From Flavihumibacter sp. (lineage in GTDB: Bacteria > Bacteroidota > Bacteroidia > Chitinophagales > Chitinophagaceae), in assembly GCA_033761915.1 (NCBI GenBank), contig JANRMC010000200.1, forward strand, positions 1,007 to 65,006: 64,000 bases of DNA. Direction: 5' to 3'. Position 1 is the stretch's first letter, and each line of letters opens with the position of its first letter. The translations under genes and the position numbers were made by a program. Below are positions 37,526 to 44,682 of the stretch, piece after piece. The notes beneath the pieces are model-generated. The model saw nothing but the letters and a program-made list of their open reading frames with translations, made no database searches and was not told the origin of the DNA.

Positions 37526-38080
37526 ATGCCCGTAACCGCTACCCCTTTTCCCGGATTGGTAATTATAGAACCTGTTGTTTTTGGAGACGACCGGGGCTAT
37601 TTTTTTGAATCGTATAACGAAAAAACCTTTTTAAAAGAAGGTATTGATATAAAATTTGTGCAAGACAATCAGGCCCGTTCTGTTTATGGCGTAGTGCGAG
37701 GCCTGCACTTTCAGCAGCAACCACATGCCCAAACCAAACTCATACGGGTTTTAGAAGGCGCTATTTTAGATGTGGTGGTAGATTTAAGATTGGGTTCTCC
37801 CACCCATGGCCGTGTATTCTCCATAGAACTTACTGCAAAAAACAAAAAACAGTTATTGGTGCCACAGGGGTTTGCCCACGGCTATTCTGTTTTAAGCGAA
37901 ACCGCAGAAGTATTTTATAAATGCGATCGGTTTTATAATAAAGAAACTGAAGGCGGCGTAGCTTATAACGACCCTGAGTTGAACATCGACTGGATGATAC
38001 CCGCAGATAAAATGATACTTTCTTCCAAAGATTTACAACATCCCTGTTTTGTAGATTGCAAACACAATTTTGAGTTATAA
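37526..38080 (+). CDS. rfbC: dTDP-4-dehydrorhamnose 3,5-epimerase
   Basis: ORF track 37463..38080, with ATG at 37526 (MPVTATPFPGLVIIEP). It has DDRGYFFESYN, RGLHFQ and the cupin fold motif PQGFAHGY. Confidence 0.94.
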   Translation: MPVTATPFPGLVIIEPVVFGDDRGYFFESYNEKTFLKEGIDIKFVQDNQARSVYGVVRGLHFQQQPHAQTKLIRVLEGAILDVVVDLRLGSPTHGRVFSIELTAKNKKQLLVPQGFAHGYSVLSETAEVFYKCDRFYNKETEGGVAYNDPELNIDWMIPADKMILSSKDLQHPCFVDCKHNFEL

Positions 38081-38090
38081 ATAAAACAAT

Positions 38091-38954
38091 ATGTCAAAGC
38101 CATTAATTCTTGTTACAGGTGCAAACGGGCAGGTGGGTAAAGAATTAAGGCAACTGGCTGCAGCTTATCCACAGTTTCAGTTTCTGTTTCTTTCAAGAGA
38201 AGATTTGCCTATTCATCATTTTGAACTGGTGCGAAATTTTTTTGAAACATCGCAACCAGCTTTTTGCATTAATTGTGCCGCGTATACAGCTGTAGATAAA
38301 GCAGAGTCTGAAAAAGATCTGGCATTATTGGTCAATGCAGAGTCGGTAGGGGTTTTAGCAGCAGTAGCCAAATTGTATAATACCCGCTTTATTCATATAT
38401 CTACCGATTATGTTTTTGATGGCACAGCCACCACTCCCTATAAAGAAGATGCGCCGGTAAACCCTGTAAACTTTTATGGCAGTACAAAACTAAAAGGGGA
38501 AGAAGAATGCCAGCAGGCCAATGCAGCTGCAATCATTATAAGAACCAGTTGGGTATACTCAGCATTTGGTAACAATTTTGTAAAAACCATGCTGCGGCTG
38601 ATGAAAGAGCGGCAGAGTTTAAATGTGGTGAACGACCAGTTGGGCTCGCCCACTTATGCTGCCGATTTAGCCAATGCCATACTGCAAATTGTAAACAGCG
38701 GCAACTGGCAACCCGGTATTTATCATTACAGTAATACGGGTGTCATCAGCTGGTACCAGTTTGCAGTGGCAATTAAAGAACTGGCCGGTTTAAACTGCAC
38801 GGTCAATCCCATACCCACCAGCGCCTATCCAACACCGGCAAAACGCCCGGCCTATTCAGTATTTAATAAAGAAAAAATACAAGGCACTTATAAGTTACAC
38901 ATACCAGATTGGAAGGATAGTTTAAAAATCTGCCTCACTAAGCTTGAAGCATAA
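38091..38954 (+). CDS. rfbD: dTDP-4-dehydrorhamnose reductase
   Basis: 287 aa with ILVTGANGQVGKEL, NCAAYTAVDKAE, ISTDYVFDG and GSPTYAADLA. Confidence 0.93.
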   Translation: MSKPLILVTGANGQVGKELRQLAAAYPQFQFLFLSREDLPIHHFELVRNFFETSQPAFCINCAAYTAVDKAESEKDLALLVNAESVGVLAAVAKLYNTRFIHISTDYVFDGTATTPYKEDAPVNPVNFYGSTKLKGEEECQQANAAAIIIRTSWVYSAFGNNFVKTMLRLMKERQSLNVVNDQLGSPTYAADLANAILQIVNSGNWQPGIYHYSNTGVISWYQFAVAIKELAGLNCTVNPIPTSAYPTPAKRPAYSVFNKEKIQGTYKLHIPDWKDSLKICLTKLEA

Positions 38955-38982
38955 AAAAACTCCGCATTTTGCGGAGTTTTTT
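38953..38982. terminator. terminator after rfbD, abutting the 3' end of the convergent tRNA-Gln
   Basis: AAAAAAA-CTCCGC-ATTTT-GCGGAG-TTTTTT. Confidence 0.8.
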
Positions 38983-38983
38983 G

Positions 38984-39054
38984 TTGGCCTACCTGGATTC
39001 GAACCAAGACAAACAGAACCAAAATCTGTCGTACTACCATTATACTATAGGCCA
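38984..39054 (-). tRNA. tRNA-Gln (anticodon TTG)
   Basis: The reverse complement reads TGGCCTA-TA-GTATAATGGTAGTAC-G-ACAGA-TTTTGGT-TCTGT-TTGT-CTTGG-TTCGAAT-CCAGG-TAGGCCA-A. The acceptor stem is 7 bp, the anticodon loop is centred on TTG, the T-loop is TTCGAAT, and no CCA is encoded. Confidence 0.9.
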
Positions 39055-39140
39055 ATCCTTTTTTCCCTTTCGGGGCTGCAAAAATAAGGTGAGAAACAGC
39101 ACCTTCCAAACATTTTTTAAAGCTAATAAGTAATTTTTTT

Positions 39141-39343
39141 GTGGGCAGGCAGTATCACATTGTTCAACTCCGGTTGCGTCGCACACTTCAGCAGTAAAAC
39201 AAATTTCAGCCAGAAGCCATCTGTTTTTAACAAGGCACCGTATTATAGTAGCATTAGGCATTGGTGTTTAGTGGTTTGATAGGAGCACTGCCGTTGAACT
39301 GAGCGTAGCAACGGTGTTGCCCCGGAGTATGGTGGCTGGTAAA
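39141..39343. repeat. palindromic element PE-12 (left arm intact, right arm degenerate)
   Basis: GTGGGCAGGCAGTATCAC...CCGGTTGCGTCGCACACTTCAGC (39170-39192) and TTGAACTGAGCGTAGCAACGGTG (39294-39316)...GGCTGGTAAAC. Confidence 0.75.
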
Positions 39344-39527
39344 CTGCTTTATAAATACGCTAAAACAAATGACGATTAGCATAAAATACATGGTAATAAA
39401 TTAATAAACCGCCCTTGCCGGGCCCAACTTTATTACTTATTTTGCAGCCGCTTTCGTCCCCCTTTAGTCCAACTACAAAAACACCTCTGATCCATTTCCT
39501 GTGGCCTATACTTTTAAATTTTATTGT

Positions 39528-41885
39528 ATGAAGAAAAATTTACTCTTCGTAGTATTTTGTTTTGCAACTATTTCAGTGAGTTTGGCTGCGCCTCGTTTTT
39601 GGGTAGGTGGTGCTACAGGTGTTTGGAACAGTGCAGCCAATTGGTCGGCCACCAGTGGCGGTGCCGGCGGTGCTGGTGTGCCTGGCAGTTCAGACGATGT
39701 TACTTTTGATACCGATGCTGTGGTGGATGTTAGTCTTGCCTCTATTGGGGTACGTTCTGTAAAAGTTACCAACAACCGTGTGGTAAAATTATGGACCAAT
39801 ACCACCACTGTATTAACCGTTACCGGTAATGGTGCCACCCCCGGTTTGGATATTGATGCCGGCAGTACATTAAGAGACAGTACCAACGGTGTAAACCCTT
39901 TTACCTTTGTTTTTAGTGGTGGCAGCACTGCCACCGGTGCAATAGATGGTACCTGGCTTTTAGCCGGAAGTGAAGATGCGCCGGGGCCACGTTTTCAGGT
40001 ACAGAGCGGCGCTAACGTGCAGGTAGGTGGTACCATAACCATGAATCCGTTTGCAACATTTATAGATGTGGTGTCTGGCGGAACCTTATCGTTTAATGCT
40101 TCTTCTAATTTAAACCTTGCCTGTGATGGTGGTATTGTTCCCAGTAATGCTACGTTTAATACTACTTCAACCATTAATGTTACGGGTAGTGTTGTTTCAT
40201 TACCCAGTTTTTTTGCAGCTCCGGGCTCTTATGGTAATTTAATTATTAATACCCCCGGGCTGGATGATGATAAAAGTTTGGCACTAACCGATGGAACTGT
40301 GATTAAAGGTAACCTGCAGGTGTTGAATACAAACAGCCACAAACTTACTTTGTTAAGCAATATTGGTTCTTCGCCTATCAGCGGAACTGTAAATGGTAAC
40401 GTAACTATCAGCGGTACTGGTACTACAGTGGTTATGAGTACAGATGATTTAAGCAGTAGCGGTACGGGCTATACTTTTGATGTGGATGGCTCTTTTACAT
40501 TAACCAATGGCAATTTCTCACTGCAGGATGCAAATGGTGTTACCGGTGTATCCACCCTCATTATCGGTGGCGATGTTTCTCACACCGGTGCCGGGTATTT
40601 TACCGCTAACAGCACGGCCAGCAGTAGCAGTGCAAACTATTTTATTATTGAGTTAGATGGAGCCAATGCACAGACCTTTAGTACCAGTGCGGGTACTATT
40701 AACAATGCCCAGAATATGGTGGCCCTGCGGGTTAATAATGCCAGCGCAACCGGGGTTACTTTAAATTCTGCTTTAATTGTGGGCAGAATAGATTTCAGTG
40801 CCGGAAAGATAAATACTACCAGCACCAACCTGTTAACCATAAACGATCCGGCCAATTCATCAGTTGTGGTTAATAATCCTTCTTCAGCCAGATATGTTAA
40901 CGGGCCGGTAAGAAGAAGAATGAATGCAGCAACCGAATACCTGATACCTACAGGGAAGGGTAGTAACTACCATTCTATACAGGCAACACTTAATTCTGCA
41001 ACAGAGTCTGTTTATACTTTTGAATATTTTAATACTGGCTACGGTGATTATACAGTGGCTTTACCATTAACTGGTGTCAGCAATACTGAATATTGGAATG
41101 TGGCAAAAGTATCTGGAGAAGATTTGAAAATACGTCTTAGCCTGATTGGTACTGCAGTACCCGGAGCTGCTGGATTAGATGGCGTGGTGGTGGCCCGTTT
41201 CAGTACAGGTGCATGGCGTACGGTAAGAGGGCTTGCTGGTACAATGATACAACCGGGTAACAGCACCACTGGTAATACACTTTCAGATACACAGTTATTT
41301 AACGGCGATTATACATTTGGATTTGGGCCGGCTTCAGTTGTACCAGTTAAACTCATCAGCTTTACGGCACAAAAACAAGCTGCAGTTGCAAGGGTAGATT
41401 GGGAAGTGGATGCGGCCACCATACCTGCCAGCTTTGAAGTGTTGAAATCTGCCGACGGCCGCAATTTTACAAGCATTGCAGTTGTGTCAGGTGTAGATGG
41501 CACTACCCGCTATCAGGTTAACGACCGTGATTTGTATAAAGGAATTAATTATTATCGCCTGAAGTTGATTGAAAAAGATGGCACTATCGGTTACAGTAAA
41601 GTGGTGTCTGTTATGAACAACGATAATGGTATTGAATTAACCAGCTTGTTACCAACCCTGGTTACCAGCCGGGCAAAATTAAGTATAGCAGCAGGTAAGG
41701 GCGGCCATTTAGAACTGGTGGTAACAGATATGCAAGGCAGAAGCTGGCGTAAACTGGGCACCACAGTTAGCGCAGGTAATACAGATTTATGGCTTGATAT
41801 GAGTGGTTTGCCTGCCGGAACCTACCAGGTTACCGGTTATATGAATGGAAATAAAACATCAACACTACGTTTTGTAAAACAATAA
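39528..41885 (+). CDS. secreted repetitive (beta-helix-like) protein with T9SS type-A C-terminal sorting domain, paralog A
   Basis: ORF track 39501..41885, with ATG at 39528 (MKKNLLFVVFCFATISVSLAA). The N-terminal motif is FWVGGATGVWNSAANWS...SSDDVTF. Shared middle-module motifs are YVNGPV, PTGKGSNY, FEYF and EYWNVAKVSG. The Ig-like domain is VPVKLISFTAQK...YYRLKLIEKDG, and the CTD ends YQVTGYMNGNKTSTLRFVKQ. Confidence 0.85.
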   Translation: MKKNLLFVVFCFATISVSLAAPRFWVGGATGVWNSAANWSATSGGAGGAGVPGSSDDVTFDTDAVVDVSLASIGVRSVKVTNNRVVKLWTNTTTVLTVTGNGATPGLDIDAGSTLRDSTNGVNPFTFVFSGGSTATGAIDGTWLLAGSEDAPGPRFQVQSGANVQVGGTITMNPFATFIDVVSGGTLSFNASSNLNLACDGGIVPSNATFNTTSTINVTGSVVSLPSFFAAPGSYGNLIINTPGLDDDKSLALTDGTVIKGNLQVLNTNSHKLTLLSNIGSSPISGTVNGNVTISGTGTTVVMSTDDLSSSGTGYTFDVDGSFTLTNGNFSLQDANGVTGVSTLIIGGDVSHTGAGYFTANSTASSSSANYFIIELDGANAQTFSTSAGTINNAQNMVALRVNNASATGVTLNSALIVGRIDFSAGKINTTSTNLLTINDPANSSVVVNNPSSARYVNGPVRRRMNAATEYLIPTGKGSNYHSIQATLNSATESVYTFEYFNTGYGDYTVALPLTGVSNTEYWNVAKVSGEDLKIRLSLIGTAVPGAAGLDGVVVARFSTGAWRTVRGLAGTMIQPGNSTTGNTLSDTQLFNGDYTFGFGPASVVPVKLISFTAQKQAAVARVDWEVDAATIPASFEVLKSADGRNFTSIAVVSGVDGTTRYQVNDRDLYKGINYYRLKLIEKDGTIGYSKVVSVMNNDNGIELTSLLPTLVTSRAKLSIAAGKGGHLELVVTDMQGRSWRKLGTTVSAGNTDLWLDMSGLPAGTYQVTGYMNGNKTSTLRFVKQ

Positions 41886-41906
41886 AATATTTACGGCTAA
41901 TAGTAA

Positions 41907-41932
41907 GGCCCCGGAAACCCGGGGCCTTTTTT
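41907..41932 (+). terminator. rho-independent terminator of T9SS paralog A
   Basis: GGCCCCGG-AAAC-CCGGGGCC followed by TTTTTT. Confidence 0.85.
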
Positions 41933-41944
41933 GGCCCTTTTTAA

Positions 41945-42008
41945 AGCTAAAATTGGCTCATATGGCAAAAATGTATAAATTGCTGTATCTCCAAGTTCCT
42001 GCTAAAGC
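41945..42008 (+). promoter_or_regulatory. conserved upstream block shared with the TBDR-OmpA gene leader
   Basis: The colinear blocks are AGCTAAAAT, ATGGCAAAAA, CTGTATCTCCAAGT and TCCTGC. They end 53 nt before ATG 42061. Confidence 0.4.
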
Positions 42009-42060
42009 TTTCCCCCCAATCTGTTCCCGCCTAAACCCCTAATTTTTTAAATTTTTTTGC

Positions 42061-44403
42061 ATGAAGAAATTTTACACAACAGCATTATTGCTATTGCTTG
42101 CTGCTACCCCATTTATTACAAGGGCGCAAGGTAGCTTTACTTCTACTGGTAGTGGTAACTGGTCTGTAGCTGGTACCTGGACTCTGGGTTCAGGATCTGA
42201 TGCAGATGGTATACCGGATGCGGATGATGACGTAACCATTGCTGCAGCCCACACGGTAACATTAGATGTTAATGGAGCTGTTAATAATGTAACACTCAAC
42301 GGTACTTCCGGAACTAGGCTTGCCATTGGTGCATTTGTATTAGATGTAAACGGCATTTTAAATGGACCTAGTAGCAGCTTTACAAATAATGTAATAACAA
42401 CCAGTAGCGGCCGGTTAAAATTTGTAGGTGGTTCAAGAGCTTTATTTGGTACCAACTGGGCAGCAGCACCTGCCAATTGGCGGGTTGAAATTGCTTTAAC
42501 AAGTGGATCGGAAGGTACTGCCAGTACAAATGTAAAAGCCGGAGACTTGATTGTTTCATCGGGAACATTTAATAGTACAGGAGAAATAAGAATTGATAAA
42601 GGTTCTGATAACAATGGTACCATTGTAGTTGCTTCGTCTGGTACCCTGATTGCACAGTCTCGTCTGGGAGTTCGTACTTCGTCTCAAAATACCTATTGTG
42701 CCTCTATAGATGTATTTGGAATATTGGAATACAGAAATGGTTCTTTTTTTAATGGCAATGCCATCACCATCCGGAATGGTGCAACACTGAGAATTAACAG
42801 AAATACAAATGCCGCCATCAGTACAAACCCAACTGGCGTGGCCACTTATAATTTTCTGTATGAGCCTGGCTCTGTTTTAGAGTATATAAACTCTTTTTCT
42901 ACAGGTGCAGTAGCAAATTATATTCAAACCGGCGCAGAATTAAACCAGGGTAAAATAACGTCTGTTGCTACACTGGAGTCGGGGTTATCTAATATAATAT
43001 TTGATGCAGTGGCAGATAACGAAATTCGATTACAAGCTTCACCTAAAATTTATTCAGCCGCTACTATGAAGCGTGGTTATGTTGTTACCACCATCGGCCA
43101 GACCCTTAATTATCAAACCAATGCTGGCTTGGTATTTAATGGTTCTGTTGCACAAAGAACACATGAAAATTCACCCGCTGGTAACGCCACCATAATTTGG
43201 CCTACTACAAACGGACCTGCAAATGTTACCATTAACAATGCCGCTGGTGTTACTTTAGGAAATAATGCCGGTTCAAGAACCGTAAGTGGCGTACTTACCT
43301 TTACCAATGGTAAACTTATAACAGATGCCACACACCTGCTTACAATTGATGCAGGTGGTTCTATCAGTGGCGCTTCTTCCACCCGCTTTATTGATGGGCC
43401 ACTTTTATATACCACAAATGCCACTACAGCCGTAACATTACCCACTGGTAAAGGAAGCGACTATAAACCTTGTATCATTACTCCAACCACAACTGCCAGT
43501 ACACAATTCAGTGCAGAATATTTTGCAGCAAATCCTAAAGTAGCTATCGGCAGTACCGCATTAACCCCACTACGGGATATAGCCGATAATGAATACTGGA
43601 CAATAGCCAAACTATCAGGCACAGCAGATTATCAGGTAGAGCTTACATTAACTGCCGCATTAACCGGTCCATTGGCTACAGAGCAGATTGCTGTGGTACG
43701 CAATACCGGTGCTGGATGGGTAAGCGATAACGATCTTACTTCAACGTACCTTGCTTACAATGCCGCCAGTGGTACGGCCCGTTCAAAAGTTTTAGTAAAC
43801 CCTACAAATAATGAATACACCTGGGGCTTTGGTCCAACAGGTGCATTACCGGTTGTGCTGGCTAACTTTGACGGACGTAAAACCAATGCCGGCAATACCA
43901 TCATATGGAAAGCTAATTGCAGTGCTGCTGGTGTATACACTTTTGAACTGCAACGCAGCACCGATGGCCGCAACTTTACAACGGTAAACAGTATTAAAGC
44001 AGATAGAGTACGTTGTGAGCAACCATTTGATTATACAGATAATAATTTTACAGCTGGCGCTACCAATTATTATCGCCTGCGTATCATTGATGCAGATGGC
44101 AAACCATCTATAAGCCGCGTGGTGGCTATCATCAACAAAGCCAAAGGCGTGGTATTTGCGCAGCTGTTGCCGTCTGTGGTTAGTAGCAAAGCAACCCTTA
44201 TTATCAGCGCTGCTGCAAATGAAACCATTGCTATGACAATTACTGATATGAATGGCAGAACAGTGCAGCAACTGCGTGTAGCGGTGCAACCCGGCACTAA
44301 CAATGTGCATATAAACACAGCGGCATTGGCTGCAGGTGTTTACCAGTTAACCGGTGTTTCTGCAGACGGAAGTACTAACAGCCTCCGTTTTATTAAGCAA
44401 TAA
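42061..44403 (+). CDS. secreted repetitive protein with T9SS type-A C-terminal sorting domain, paralog B
   Basis: 780 aa with a signal peptide (MKKFYTTALLLLLAATPFITRAQ). It has the same architecture as paralog A: GNWSVAGTWTLGSG...DDDVTI; FIDGPL, PTGKGSDY, AEYF, EYWTIAKLSG; LPVVLANFDGRK...YYRLRIIDADG. The CTD ends YQLTGVSADGSTNSLRFIKQ. Confidence 0.85.
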   Translation: MKKFYTTALLLLLAATPFITRAQGSFTSTGSGNWSVAGTWTLGSGSDADGIPDADDDVTIAAAHTVTLDVNGAVNNVTLNGTSGTRLAIGAFVLDVNGILNGPSSSFTNNVITTSSGRLKFVGGSRALFGTNWAAAPANWRVEIALTSGSEGTASTNVKAGDLIVSSGTFNSTGEIRIDKGSDNNGTIVVASSGTLIAQSRLGVRTSSQNTYCASIDVFGILEYRNGSFFNGNAITIRNGATLRINRNTNAAISTNPTGVATYNFLYEPGSVLEYINSFSTGAVANYIQTGAELNQGKITSVATLESGLSNIIFDAVADNEIRLQASPKIYSAATMKRGYVVTTIGQTLNYQTNAGLVFNGSVAQRTHENSPAGNATIIWPTTNGPANVTINNAAGVTLGNNAGSRTVSGVLTFTNGKLITDATHLLTIDAGGSISGASSTRFIDGPLLYTTNATTAVTLPTGKGSDYKPCIITPTTTASTQFSAEYFAANPKVAIGSTALTPLRDIADNEYWTIAKLSGTADYQVELTLTAALTGPLATEQIAVVRNTGAGWVSDNDLTSTYLAYNAASGTARSKVLVNPTNNEYTWGFGPTGALPVVLANFDGRKTNAGNTIIWKANCSAAGVYTFELQRSTDGRNFTTVNSIKADRVRCEQPFDYTDNNFTAGATNYYRLRIIDADGKPSISRVVAIINKAKGVVFAQLLPSVVSSKATLIISAAANETIAMTITDMNGRTVQQLRVAVQPGTNNVHINTAALAAGVYQLTGVSADGSTNSLRFIKQ

Positions 44404-44425
44404 AATAACCCTTGATAAAAAACTA

Positions 44426-44457
44426 AAACCCGCCGCATAAAAAAGGCGGGTTTTTTT
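44426..44457 (+). terminator. rho-independent terminator of T9SS paralog B
   Basis: AAACCCGCC-(GCATAAAAAA)-GGCGGGTTT followed by TTTT. Confidence 0.8.
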
Positions 44458-44472
44458 GTAACTTTCAAAAAG

Positions 44473-44637
44473 GGTGTTGCCAGCAGTAAATCGCTATGCA
44501 GCTTTACTTGCGTCGCACACTTCAGCAGTAAGTTAAAAATGAAAAGTAAAAATTTAAAAAAGACTGCAATGCTTTTTTACTTTTTAATAATTCAGAATTA
44601 AGATTCAAATGTTGCAGTGTGCGACGCAACAATGTTC
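44473..44637. repeat. palindromic element PE-13 (complete, TTCAGC subtype)
   Basis: GGTGTTGCCAGCAGTAAATCGC...ACTTGCGTCGCACACTTCAGC (44506-44526) and CAAATGTTGCAGTGTGCGACGCAACAATG (44606-44634). The loop is AT-rich with its own hairpin (AAAAGTAAAAA/TTTTTACTTTT). Confidence 0.88.
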
Positions 44638-44682
44638 TATTGAAAAACTACGGTTAAGCTCATAATTAAAACAAATTACATT

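Noticed and set aside
38888-39261. Two 73-aa minus-strand ORFs across the rfbD end, tRNA-Gln and element PE-12
   Set aside because: They overlap a clear tRNA gene, a terminator and a repeat element, so they are not credible coding sequence.
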